DNA of 64,000 bases from an uncultured Chloroflexia bacterium (GTDB lineage: Bacteria; Chloroflexota; Limnocylindria; Limnocylindrales; CSP1-4): positions 992,001 to 1,056,000 of the forward strand of contig CAWEZH010000002.1 of the NCBI GenBank assembly GCA_963813535.1. Reading direction: 5' to 3'. Within the stretch, counting starts at the first letter, position 1. The number at the start of each line of letters is the position of its first letter. The notes beneath the pieces were generated by a model. It did not search any database, was not told where the DNA came from, and saw only the letters and a program-made list of their open reading frames with translations. The translations under genes were made by a program, and so were the position numbers. Shown here one piece after another: positions 17,148 to 27,268 of this stretch.

Positions 17148-18998
17148 TCAGGCTGGCGGTCGCGACCCGCGCACCCGATCGTGCAGGCCGTCGATCGAGG
17201 CGAGCGTGCCCTCCACCTCGGCCTTACGGGCACGGCGCTCGGCCGTTTCGCGCTTGGCGGCGCGGTCCAGGGCGGCCGCGCTGGCCGCGACGGTCCGGTG
17301 CAGCTCGACGATCCGGTCCATGAACCGCGCCCGCATCTGGCGCTGCATCTCGTCGATCACGGAGGCCAGCCGCCCATCGACCTGGAAGCGGATCTCCTCG
17401 ATCAGGTCGGCCAGGAACGTGCGTGCCTGCTGGCGACGATCGGTCAACCGGCGGCGTCGCTCGTCGAGCACCTCCTTGCCGCCGTACACCGCTGCCACGC
17501 CGAGCACCGCCGGACCCACGATCGCCGCGCCCAGCAGCGTCCCGACGAGACCCAGCAGCTCGACGCCCGCCTTGGCACCCGTCACGAGGCCGTACCCCGA
17601 TCCGAGTCGGGCTCGTGTGCGGCTCTCGAACTCCGGGTCGTTCGTCCAGAACTCCCCGACGTCGAACGTGATCGCCGGCACGTCGTCCTGCGGCCCGCGT
17701 TCCTCGTCGGCCAACAGCGCGGCGATGGTGGCCTGGACGTCGGCGGCGCCGGTGGCGGCGTTCCGGAACGCACCGCGGACGGATGTGGCGATCAGGTCCT
17801 GGACCCGGGCGCTGAGATCCGGCCAGATGGCGGCAGGGTCGGTGGCCTCGATCTCCCCCTGGGCATCGCGCAGGATCGACCGCATGTCGCGCTGGAACTC
17901 GAACGCGATCCGAGTGCGGAGGGCGCCGAACTCGTCGTCGAGGCGCGCCGACCATGCCGCGTCGACCCGCCGCAGGTCGGCGAGGCGCTGGCGCGAGGCC
18001 TCCAGCTCCTCCGACATCCGGCTCGCTGCGGCCGGGTCCGCCAGCGCAGCACGTTCGGCGATCAGCGGCTCGCGGAGCTGGCCGAGCACCCAGCGCAGCT
18101 CACCGGCGGCCGACTCAAGGGTGGCCGTCCGGGCGCGCTCGACGACATCGCCGCGAAGCGCCTCGGCAAAGGCGCCGTAGCCGCTCTCGTCATCGATCTC
18201 GTCGGATCGCATCTTGAGCGTCGAGCTGAGCCCGAACGGCCGTTCCATGAGCCCGATCGCGGCGAGATGGCCGGCGTCGAGCTCGAGGATGCGGCGCCAG
18301 CCTGGGTACATGTCGATCTTGGTAAGCGCCACGAGCACGGGCGGGCCGGCGGTGCGGGCACTTGCCAGGAACTCGAGCTCCGCGGCGGACAACTCGGCGG
18401 ATGCGTCGGTCACGAACACCAGCGCGTCGGCAGATGGGAGGAAGGCCAACGTCGCCGCGGCATGACCGGCGTTGAGTCCCCCGACCCCGGGTGTGTCCAC
18501 GAGCGTCAGGCCGCTTGCGAGCACGGGTTCGGGCAGCCGGACCTCGACGAGCTCGACGTCGCTTCGTCGTTCCCGACCCGGGACCTCCTGCGCCCATTCC
18601 GCGATCGCGGCGGGATCGATCGACTCGACAACCCGCTCGTCGCCATCGCGCCGGTGAACCTCGGCGCTCGCCGGGTCGCCGTAGCGGACGACCGTGACGG
18701 CGCTCGTTGCAAGATCGTCGTCGACGGGGCACGCGACCCTCCCCAACAGGGCGTTGATCAACGCGCTCTTGCCGTTCTTGAACTCACCGACCACGCAGAC
18801 GACGGTCTCGGTCCTGGCCGCGCGCCGCCGGATCTCCTCGATCCGGTCGGCAAGGTCGGCACGATCCAGGCGCTCGGCGAGGAGCCGGATGTCGCGCGCA
18901 GCCTCGTCCATGGCCCCAGGCGCATCGACCACCTCGTCGGTCGAGCCGGGCGCGTCGATCGGGCGCGTGGCCGGCGCCATCGTCATCGTCGCGGACAT
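17148..18998 (-). CDS. bacterial dynamin-like GTPase (IniA-type)
   Basis: G1 GEFKNGKS, G3 LVDTPGVGG, G4 TKID, membrane hairpin LLGLVGTLLGAAIVGPAVLGVAAVYGG; RBS AGGAGGGAGG. Confidence 0.92.
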   Translation of the reverse strand: MSATMTMAPATRPIDAPGSTDEVVDAPGAMDEAARDIRLLAERLDRADLADRIEEIRRRAARTETVVCVVGEFKNGKSALINALLGRVACPVDDDLATSAVTVVRYGDPASAEVHRRDGDERVVESIDPAAIAEWAQEVPGRERRSDVELVEVRLPEPVLASGLTLVDTPGVGGLNAGHAAATLAFLPSADALVFVTDASAELSAAELEFLASARTAGPPVLVALTKIDMYPGWRRILELDAGHLAAIGLMERPFGLSSTLKMRSDEIDDESGYGAFAEALRGDVVERARTATLESAAGELRWVLGQLREPLIAERAALADPAAASRMSEELEASRQRLADLRRVDAAWSARLDDEFGALRTRIAFEFQRDMRSILRDAQGEIEATDPAAIWPDLSARVQDLIATSVRGAFRNAATGAADVQATIAALLADEERGPQDDVPAITFDVGEFWTNDPEFESRTRARLGSGYGLVTGAKAGVELLGLVGTLLGAAIVGPAVLGVAAVYGGKEVLDERRRRLTDRRQQARTFLADLIEEIRFQVDGRLASVIDEMQRQMRARFMDRIVELHRTVAASAAALDRAAKRETAERRARKAEVEGTLASIDGLHDRVRGSRPPA

Positions 18999-19097
18999 CT
19001 CTGGCGGCGTCCTCCCTCCTCCGGCCCGCGAGTGTAGCGTCCGACACGCGTCGCGCACGGTAGACTCGGGAACCCTGCCAACTGATCGAGGGGACTG

Positions 19098-20980
19098 ATG
19101 GCCTACTCCCTGGGGATCGACCTCGGGACGACGTACTCCGCGGCTGCGACCGCGCGCGGCGATCGACTCGAGATCTTCCAGCTCGGTGAACGCGCGGCGA
19201 CGATCCCGTCGATGGTTCTGCTCCGGGCCGACGGCGAGGTCCTGACGGGTGAGGCCGCCGAGCGCCGAGCGCTCGCCGAACCGACCCGCACCGGGCGCGA
19301 GTTCAAGCGCCGCCTGGGCGACCCGACCCCGATCATCCTGGGCGGCACCCCGTACGGCGCCGAAGCCCTGCTGGCCCACCTGCTCCGCGCGATCGTCGAG
19401 CGGGTGACGCAAGAGCTCGGTGAGCCGCCGTCGTCGATCACGCTGTGCCATCCCGCCGCGTACGGGGCATACAAGCTCGACCTGCTCCAGCAGGCCGTTC
19501 GCCAGGCCGACATCGGCCCGGTCACGCTGCTGACGGAGCCCGAGGCTGCCGCGCTCGACTACGCGCGCCAGGAGCGCGTGCCGTCGGGCACGGTCATCGC
19601 CATCTACGACTTCGGCGGTGGCACGTTCGACGCGACGATCCTGCGCAAGACCGACGACGGCTTCGAGCCGCTCGGTCAGCCCGAGGGCCTCGAGCGCCTC
19701 GGTGGCATCGACTTCGACGAGGCGCTGTTCCGCCGCGCGATGGAGCACGTCGCCAGCCAGGGCGTGACCGTCGACGCCAACGAGCCGGCGACGATGGCCG
19801 CGATCGCCCGGCTGCGTGACGAATGCCGTCGCGCCAAGGAAGCACTGTCGTCCGACACCGACGCGACCATCGCGATCTTCCTGCCGGGATTCCAGAGCGA
19901 GATGCGCCTCACGCGCTCGGAGTTCGAGGACATGATCCGGCCGCGCATCCACGAGACGATCGCGGCGCTCGGTCGGGCGACGCGGAGCGCCGGGCTCGAA
20001 TCCGGGGACATCGATCGCGTCCTGCTGGTCGGCGGCAGCTCGCGCATCCCGCTCGTCGCCGAGATGGTCCGCGACGCGACCGGTCGACCGGTGGCGGTCG
20101 ATGCGCATCCGAAGCACACGATGGCGCTCGGGGCGGCGTACGTGGCGGAGCAGCAACGAGTCGCGACGGCGGGGGCCGGGGCCGCGAGCGCGGCCGGGGT
20201 GGTCGCGGCCGGAGCGGCGGCGGCAAGTGCGGCGAGTGCCGCGGCCGACGCCGGGATCGGGACGCCGTCGCCGGTCCTCCCGGACGAGGTCGAGCCCGCG
20301 GCTGCTGCAGCGGCCGCCTCGGGGGTGGCTGCGGCGTCAGCCGCCGATCTTGGCGAGCCCGAGTCCGTGCTCGAACCGAGTCCGACGACGACAGGCGCGC
20401 CTCCTCCTCTTCCGGCGACGATCGCTCGAGGCGCATGCTGCCGGTCGGTCTCGCCCTCCTCGGCGCGCTGGTCGTCGGGGCAGTCGCGATCGGGGCGAAC
20501 CTCATGGGCGGTGGTGGCGGCGGAGCGGCGACCGCATCGCCCTCGGCGTCGCTGGCCGTCGTCCCGTCCGCGTCGCCGTCGCCGTCTGTTGCAAGCCCGT
20601 CGCCCAGCCCGGTCGTGACGCCGACCGCGGTCCCCTCCCCGACCGCCGTCCCACCGTCGGCCACACCGGCCGGCCGACAGGCACGGATCACCGGCATCAC
20701 GATCAGCGGCGGACGCTACGTCGTCGACTACGACGTCTTCAACTTCACCCCGGAACTGCCCGGCGGCCGGCACGTGCACTTCTTCTACGACACCGTCACC
20801 CCCGCGAACGCCGGCGTCCCCGGCAAGGGTCCGTGGTTCCTCTACGCGGGACCGGTGCCGTTCAAGGAGTACAAGGTCAGCGAGCGGCCGAGCGGCGCAC
20901 GGCAGATCTGCGTCCTCGTCGCCCGGGCGGACCATTCGGTCGTCCAGGACACCGGCAACTGCGTCGACATCCCGTCCTGA
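19098..20980 (+). CDS. membrane-anchored Hsp70-family protein (ATPase domain + TM + S/P/T linker + small extracytoplasmic domain); frameshift near 20378
   Basis: LGIDLGTTYS, IYDFGGGTFDAT, LGGIDFD, LLVGGSSRIP. Restoring one C in GAACC|GAG joins it to RRMLPVGLALLGALVVGAVAIGANL...HVHFFYDT...ICVLVARADHSVVQDTGNCVDIPS. Confidence 0.88.
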
Positions 20981-20994
20981 CGCGGATCATCGCG

Positions 20995-22463
20995 ATGAGC
21001 GATCTGGCGACGGATGTCCGGGCGATCGCCGATCTCGCTCGGCAGGCGGCCGCTGGCACCGGCTACGTCGCGGCGATCGACACGGTCACGCGCCGACTCG
21101 ACGAGCCCTTGCGCGTCGCGATCGCCGGTCGGGTGAAGGCCGGCAAGTCGACGCTGCTCAACGCCCTGGTCGGCGAGCGGCTGGCGGCGACGGACGCCGG
21201 CGAGTGCACCAAGATCGTGACGTGGTACCGGCACGGCCTCGGGTACCGCGTGAGCGCCGACCTGCGTCCGGAGGGTCGCGCGGACCTCCCATTCCGGCGC
21301 GAGGACGGCGAGCTGGCGATCGACCTTGGCGAGCACGGCGTCGAGGGCATCGAGCGAATCGAGGTCGGCTGGCCGTCGGCCAAGCTCAAATCGATGACGC
21401 TGATCGACACCCCGGGTCTCGGGTCGGCGAACGAGGGCACGTCGGCGCGCACGATGGCGTCGCTGCTCGACACCGGCGTCGAGGGACCGGCTGACGCCGA
21501 CGCCGTGCTCTACCTGATGCGCCACCTGCATCACGGCGACGCCCGCTTCCTCGAGGCGTTCATGGACCACTCGATCGCGCATGCGTCGCCTGTCAACGCG
21601 GTCGTCGTCCTGTCGCGGGCCGACGAGATCGGTGCGGCCCGGCCGGACGCGCTCGATTCGGCGCACGCGATCGCGGCCCGGTACGCGTCGGACCCACGCG
21701 TCCGCGAGCTGGCCTCGGGCGTGCTGCCGGTCGCCGGACTCCTCGCCGAGACCGGCGCGACGCTCCGCCAGGAGCAGTTCGAATGGATCCGCCAGGTGGC
21801 TGGCCTGGATGCGGAGGTCCGCGATCGACTGCTCGTTTCGGTCGAACGCTTCCGCGACGACGGCGAGAACCCGCTGAGCGAGGCGATCCGCGAAGACCTT
21901 CTGGAGCGCCTTGGGTTGTACGGGTTGCGGCTGGCGACCCAGCTCGTGGCCGACGGCTCCGTGCGCACGGCTCCGGAGCTCTCGACCGCGCTGCTCGAGC
22001 ATTCCGGGATCCGGGCGCTGCAGCGCGTGCTCGAGCAGTCGTACTCGGCGCGCGCGTCATTGCTGAAGGCAAGGTCGGCGTTGGTCGCACTGCGGGCGAT
22101 CGCGATCGTCCTGGGTCGGGACGGCGTGGCGGAAGCCGGTCAGGTGGTCGAGGCGATCGACCGGCTCGAGGCGTCGTCGGGTGCGCTGGCGCTGCTTCGG
22201 CTGCAGCACCTCGTGCTGGCGGGTCACCTGGAATTGAGCGATCGGAGCGCGCGGAGGTGGACCGGCTGTGCAACCCGGGCGATCCGCGTGTTCGGGCAGG
22301 GCTGGACAGCGACGCGACGGACGACGACGTGCGTGCGGCGGCTCTGGCCGGCGTCGAGCGCTGGCGGGCTCGTGCCGGCAACCCGTTGAGCGACCGCCGC
22401 CTGATCGAGGCGGCCGAGATCGTCAGCCGCGCCTATGAAGGGATCTACGCAGGCGCCGGCTGA
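20995..22463 (+). CDS. bacterial dynamin-like GTPase (IniC-type); frameshift near 22245
   Basis: LDEPLRVAIAGRVKAGKSTLLNALVGE, LIDTPG, ADAVLYLMRHLH, LSRADEIGA; the C-terminus ERWRARAGNPL..EIVSRAYEGI lies in the shifted frame. Confidence 0.9.
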
Positions 22464-22502
22464 AGGGCGGTATCGGACGACCGGCCCGCCTACACTCCTG
22501 CC

Positions 22503-22931
22503 GTGCGCCGGAACCTCCAGCCGAGCGACCTCGGCGATCTCCTGGATCGCCCGCTGAACGCCGTCCTGGGCTTGCATCGCAAGGACGGCTCGATCCTCCT
22601 GACGCCGGTCTGGCATCTGTTCAAGGACGGCTCGTTCTACATCCAGTTTCCCGGTGGCGATCGGAAGATCGCCATGCTCGAGAGAGATCCGCGCTGCAGC
22701 ATCCTCGTCGCCGAGGACGACGTCCCGTATCGGGGGATCGAGGTCAGCGGCGAAGGTCGGACGTCGACCGACGACTACACGCGCTCGGGAACCGAGATCG
22801 TGCGCCGCTATGTCGAGGCTCACGATCCTGGGGCGATGCCGGCCGATTACCTGCTGGAGGGTGGGGTGATCGTGCGCATCGAGCCTACGGCGATCCGAGC
22901 CTGGGACTACGCGGACGCCGCCTACGTTTGA
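22503..22931 (+). CDS. pyridoxamine 5'-phosphate oxidase-like (PPOX/F420-dependent) protein
   Basis: RKDGSILLTPVW, K...LERDPRCSILV, YRGIEVSG, RIEP..IRAWDY. Confidence 0.88.
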   Translation: MRRNLQPSDLGDLLDRPLNAVLGLHRKDGSILLTPVWHLFKDGSFYIQFPGGDRKIAMLERDPRCSILVAEDDVPYRGIEVSGEGRTSTDDYTRSGTEIVRRYVEAHDPGAMPADYLLEGGVIVRIEPTAIRAWDYADAAYV

Positions 22932-23004
22932 CCGGCCGGGCGAGCCGACCTCATGGCTGGGCCCTAACATCAACCACCCGCGAACACCAGAGGAGGGAGA
23001 GGCC

Positions 23005-23331
23005 ATGCCGTTCTATCTGACTCGCTTCAGCTACACACCCGAGACATGGGCGCGACTCATCAGCAAGCCGGAGGATCGGCGCACCGCCGCACGGGAGTAC
23101 ATCGAATCCGTGGGCGGCAAGCTGCATGGCTTCTGGTACGCCTTCGGCGAGCAGGACGGCTACAACCTCTTTGAGGCGCCGGACAACGTATCCATGGCCG
23201 CCGTCGCACTCGCCATCGGCGGAGGCGGAGCCCTCAGTTCGATCGAGACCACCGTGCTGCTCACGGTCGAGGACACGCTGGCGGCTCTCGAGAAGGCGCA
23301 GTCGATCAAGTACAAGGCGCCTGGGAGCTAG
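23005..23331 (+). CDS. GYD domain protein
   Basis: MPFYLTRFSYTPETW..LI.KPEDR, GGKLHGFWYAFGEQDG; strong RBS. Confidence 0.92.
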   Translation: MPFYLTRFSYTPETWARLISKPEDRRTAAREYIESVGGKLHGFWYAFGEQDGYNLFEAPDNVSMAAVALAIGGGGALSSIETTVLLTVEDTLAALEKAQSIKYKAPGS

Positions 23332-23407
23332 CCGCCAAGCAGCGTCGGGGATCCTCCGCGCCCGAACGTCAGACGCACTTGAGTCTGGCGACGCGATCGA
23401 GTGATGG

Positions 23408-23431
23408 CTCAGTGTCCGGGAATGTCACCCG
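23408..23431 (+). repeat. 24-bp direct repeat copy 1 (CTCAGTGTCCGGGAATGTCACCCG)
   Basis: Identical to 24459-24482. Confidence 0.9.
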
Positions 23432-23481
23432 AGCAACTGGTCTGGGAGCCGGAGCGTGGCACTGAAGTCCATTCGCGAAAG

Positions 23482-24360
23482 TCAGCCTTGTTCCCCTTGG
23501 CCCCCCTCCACGATGTCGGCGATGAACCGCGGCAAGGCGAAGCTGGCCTTGTGGAGCTCCGGGGTGTAGTAGCGGGTGTCGAGGCGAGCCGCATCGAACC
23601 GCTCCCGGAGCGTCGTGAGTGGCACGGTCCGGAGCCCTACGTCGTCCGTGCCCCAGCCGAATGCCATGAACCCGCCGACGTAGGTCGGCACGACCCCGAG
23701 GTAGCAAGTCGCGTCGGCGAACAACCCACCGAAGATCCGCATCGTCGACTGGAGCTCCGCGGGCTGGAAGAACGGGACACCGTTCTGCGTCACGAGCACA
23801 CCGCCGGGCTGCAGTACGCGCTTGCAGTTCCCATAGAACTCGGGGGTGAAGAGGGCCGCACCCGGACCGATCGGGTCGGTCGAGTCGACCACGATCACGT
23901 CGAACCGCCTGTCGACCGTCGCCACGAAATCGGCCCCGTCGCCGAGCACGATCTCGACGCGCGGGTCGTCGAACGCCCCGCGGCTCAGATCCGCGAGGTG
24001 CGTCCGGGCGAAATCGATGACGCCGGCGTCGAGCTCGGCGATCGTCACTCGCTCGACCGTCGAGTGCTTGAGGACCTCCTCGACGAGCCCGCCGTCGCCG
24101 CCACCGACGATCCCGATGTCGCGCGCCGCGCCGTGGGCAAGGATCGGGACGTGCGCCAGCATCTCGTGGTAGACGAACTCGTCGGCCATCGTCAGCTGCG
24201 TGACGCCATCGAGCGTGAACATGCGCCCGAACCGCTTGCTTTCCGCGACGACCAGATGTTGATGCTCGGTCTGGCTGTCGAACAGCACCCGATCCACCTT
24301 GATCGACATCCGCACGTCGTCGTAGAGGGTCTCAGTCAGCCAGATCTCGTCAGACTCCAT
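23482..24360 (-). CDS. speE: polyamine aminopropyltransferase (spermidine synthase)
   Basis: LDGVTQLT..DEFVYHEMLAHVP, IVGGGDGG, FDVIVVDSTDPIGPG, VPTYVGG. Confidence 0.96.
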   Translation of the reverse strand: MESDEIWLTETLYDDVRMSIKVDRVLFDSQTEHQHLVVAESKRFGRMFTLDGVTQLTMADEFVYHEMLAHVPILAHGAARDIGIVGGGDGGLVEEVLKHSTVERVTIAELDAGVIDFARTHLADLSRGAFDDPRVEIVLGDGADFVATVDRRFDVIVVDSTDPIGPGAALFTPEFYGNCKRVLQPGGVLVTQNGVPFFQPAELQSTMRIFGGLFADATCYLGVVPTYVGGFMAFGWGTDDVGLRTVPLTTLRERFDAARLDTRYYTPELHKASFALPRFIADIVEGGQGEQG

Positions 24361-24458
24361 ATGGGTAGCGTACTGGCGCGCATCAGTCGTCCGAACACAG
24401 AGGATCGCAAGCGTTCGGCGGCAGTTGCCTCGAGGGGAGGCACATCAACGCCCAGTGA

Positions 24459-24482
24459 CTCAGTGTCCGGGAATGTCACCCG
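24459..24482 (+). repeat. 24-bp direct repeat copy 2
   Basis: Identical to 23408-23431. Confidence 0.9.
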
Positions 24483-24616
24483 CTCAAGGTGGCGATCGAA
24501 TCGGATCAGGAGCGCGCGCGAGAGGCAAGCTCGACGGACTCCGCGGCCTGTCGGCCGAGAAGCCCCGAGGCGGATCTGTAGGGCGAGCGCGACATGCTCG
24601 GCCACGGCTTCCCCGT

Positions 24617-25531
24617 TTAGGCACCGGCTCGACTGGCTCGCAGGCGTGGCAAGACGTCGGTGGCGATCCGTTCGAAAGTCCCCACCTGCCGATCTTCCAA
24701 CGGGTAGTAGAGGCCGATCTCGTCCATGCCGAGCTCGATGATCCGACCCACCATGTCCTCGAAGCGATTCGGCGAATCGAAGTAATCGATCGACCCCCCT
24801 CGGGGTCGGGCCTTGGCGTCGAACATGGTGTAGGAGCGTCGCAACGTCGCCGGCTCGCGCCCAACCGACGCGCAGACTTCGTCCATCAGCGTCGCACGTC
24901 GACGTGTCTCGTCCACCTGGTCCTCGAACGATTCATGGAACGACAGGCTGTTCCAGGTGTCCGCGTACCGAGCGGCGTTGCGCATCATCACCGGCCCAAG
25001 CGCCCCGACCATGATCGGCGGCCGCGGCGACTGGACCGGACGGGGATTCATGATCGCCCCAGCTACCTGGTAGAAGTCACCCGCGAACGATGTCACCTCG
25101 TCGCGCAGGAGGCGATCGACGATCTCGACATATTCCGCGAGCCTGGCGACGCGTTCCTTCGGCTCCCAGTCGGGGATGCCGATCATGCCGTACGACGGGT
25201 CGTGCACGAGGCCCGTCCCCAGCCCGATCTCGAGTCGGCCATGCGAGATGTGATCGAGCGTCAGGGCTTGGCGAGCGAACAGCGCCGGGTTCCGGAATGG
25301 GATCTGCGTAACGCAGCTGCTGAGTCGGATGGACGTCGTGGCGGATGCCAACCCAGTGAGTGCCGTCCAGGACTCGAACCACGGACTCGGCGGGTTGGTC
25401 CAGTCGACGAAATGATCCGGTAGCGCCGCCACCTCGATCCCGAGCTCGTCGAGACGGACGAACCGCTGTTTCAGGACGTCCCATGGGACATTGGGCAGGC
25501 ACAGGACCTGGAACCTGAGCACCGGGCTCAT
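24617..25531 (-). CDS. LLM class flavin-dependent oxidoreductase
   Basis: PDHF, ESWTALTGLA, FRNPALFARQALTLDHISHGRLEIGLGTG, PRPVQSPRPPIMVGA. Confidence 0.93.
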   Translation of the reverse strand: MSPVLRFQVLCLPNVPWDVLKQRFVRLDELGIEVAALPDHFVDWTNPPSPWFESWTALTGLASATTSIRLSSCVTQIPFRNPALFARQALTLDHISHGRLEIGLGTGLVHDPSYGMIGIPDWEPKERVARLAEYVEIVDRLLRDEVTSFAGDFYQVAGAIMNPRPVQSPRPPIMVGALGPVMMRNAARYADTWNSLSFHESFEDQVDETRRRATLMDEVCASVGREPATLRRSYTMFDAKARPRGGSIDYFDSPNRFEDMVGRIIELGMDEIGLYYPLEDRQVGTFERIATDVLPRLRASRAGA

Positions 25532-25672
25532 GGCGCATTCTGGCACGCTCCATCGAGGGCGCTCGGGCGGCTAGATAGTCGCAACCGGGTGACGCGGATC
25601 GATGTGATCGAGCCTGTGTCGCATCCAGGAGCTTCATCCGCGCGGAGGATACGACCTCGCGGTGGCAATGTG

Positions 25673-26188
25673 TCAACGCACCTGAACGTCGACGTCGACC
25701 GGTACCGCTCGGACGACCGCGTCGTGAACCGGGCACTTTGCGACCGCATCCTCGATCGCCGCGCGCACCGAGCTGGCATCCACACCGCCCGCTGACGCGG
25801 ATACGGCGACCCGGATGCTCAGCGGACCGGCGGGGACGCTCTGATCGATGCCGAGGATCCCGCGATCATCCGACTCCGAGTCGACCACCACCTCCAGGCC
25901 GCTGAGCGACCATCCCTCCTGGGCGCCTCGCATGGCGATCAGGGTCGCCACGCACGACGCATAGGCCGCGCGGAACATCCACCCAGGACTCGGGGCCGAC
26001 GCCCCACCGCCGATCCCGGTGACCATGTCCGTCACGAGCGAGGCGCCGTCGGCACCGGTCACGCGCACCCGCAGCCCGTCCTCGATCGAAGCCGTCGCGG
26101 CGCCGTCGCGATACCTCGCCCCAGTCGGATTAGACGTCAGGTAGGACCGCGCCTCCGCGATCGCCCTTGCGATGTCCGCCTCGCCCAC
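25673..26188 (-). CDS. OsmC family protein
   Basis: GGGASAPSPGW..RAAYASCVA and KCPVHD Cys pair; GTG with GGAGGG RBS. Confidence 0.9.
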   Translation of the reverse strand: MGEADIARAIAEARSYLTSNPTGARYRDGAATASIEDGLRVRVTGADGASLVTDMVTGIGGGASAPSPGWMFRAAYASCVATLIAMRGAQEGWSLSGLEVVVDSESDDRGILGIDQSVPAGPLSIRVAVSASAGGVDASSVRAAIEDAVAKCPVHDAVVRAVPVDVDVQVR

Positions 26189-26199
26189 CGCTATCCCTC

Positions 26200-27243
26200 C
26201 TACCCTTCCGGCGCGTCCAGGTCGCGCGCATACCGAGGAAATCGGAAACGCTGGTCGCGCGTCAGGATCCCGCCGTGGCCGAGCTTCGCCACTGTCGCCT
26301 CCGACGCTGGCTCGCCGGCCAGCAACCTGGGCAGCAACAGATCCGCCGCCGTCGCCTTCGAGTAGGCGCCGCACGTCGGCAACCCCAGGATCGACGTTCC
26401 ACCGACCCGTGCCAGCCACAGCATCGAGCCGGGATGCGACGGCACGCCTCGCCGCACGACGCGCCCACCGAGCGCCTCGATGGCGATGAAGAACGCGTCC
26501 TCGGGGTCGGTCGAAGCCGACCCGGCCGTCAACACCAGGTCGGCCGTCTCGGCTCCCCGGGTGAAGCGCCCGACCGCGGTCTCCACGGCATCGGCATCGT
26601 CCTCGACGTAGACGATATCGAGGATCTCCGAGCCGAGACCCTCGACCTTGGCGCGCACCGATGCCTCGAAGCGCTCCTTCGCCGTCGCCCGGACGGACTC
26701 CTTCACGACGACGCCGACGCGCCGAGCGACGAACGGCGCGACCGAGACGATCGGCTGGCTGCCGAAACCCGCGATCCGCGCACCCGCCTCGATCACCCCG
26801 GCATCGACGAGGTGCGGCGCGACCTTCACGCTCGCGACGAGGTCGCCGCGCTCGACGACCTGGCCGTCGTAGACCGTGAACACCTCGAGCGGGTCGAGCC
26901 GGTTGATCCGTTCGAGATCGGCGATCCGCACGGTCACGACGCCGTCGACCGCCGCGACCAGGTCGAGCCGGCTCTGGTTCGGGCCGCGGACATCGAGCCC
27001 GCTCCCGGCGATCGCCTTGGCCAGCCGAAGTGCGGCCTCGTCCTCGTGCAGCTCGTTGCCGCTCGCGACCAGCACGCTCACGGGCGGGCCCGGCTCCTCG
27101 GCGGCCAGCGCGAGGAGGTCCTCTTCCGACAACCGTCGGCCCTTCGACCAACGCTTGCCGCCGACCGTGAGGTCGCGCGTCAGGACCGCGCCGGCCAGCC
27201 GGGCGGGGGCGCGCCGGCCCGGGACGACCCGCTCGACGCGCAA
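26200..27243 (-). CDS. molybdopterin-binding (MoeA-C/MoCF_BD-like) protein
   Basis: LHEDEAALRLA, LTAGSASTDPED, GVPSHPGSMLWLA, ILGLPTCG, DLLLPRLLAGE, LGHGG. Confidence 0.85.
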   Translation of the reverse strand: MRVERVVPGRRAPARLAGAVLTRDLTVGGKRWSKGRRLSEEDLLALAAEEPGPPVSVLVASGNELHEDEAALRLAKAIAGSGLDVRGPNQSRLDLVAAVDGVVTVRIADLERINRLDPLEVFTVYDGQVVERGDLVASVKVAPHLVDAGVIEAGARIAGFGSQPIVSVAPFVARRVGVVVKESVRATAKERFEASVRAKVEGLGSEILDIVYVEDDADAVETAVGRFTRGAETADLVLTAGSASTDPEDAFFIAIEALGGRVVRRGVPSHPGSMLWLARVGGTSILGLPTCGAYSKATAADLLLPRLLAGEPASEATVAKLGHGGILTRDQRFRFPRYARDLDAPEG

Positions 27244-27268
27244 CGCTCAGACGCTGGGATCGAGCGCG

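Noticed and set aside
17148-20156. 1002-aa ORF suggesting a giant dynamin fusion
   Set aside because: The N-terminal ~385 aa are the antisense of the Hsp70 gene; the real start with an RBS is at 18998.
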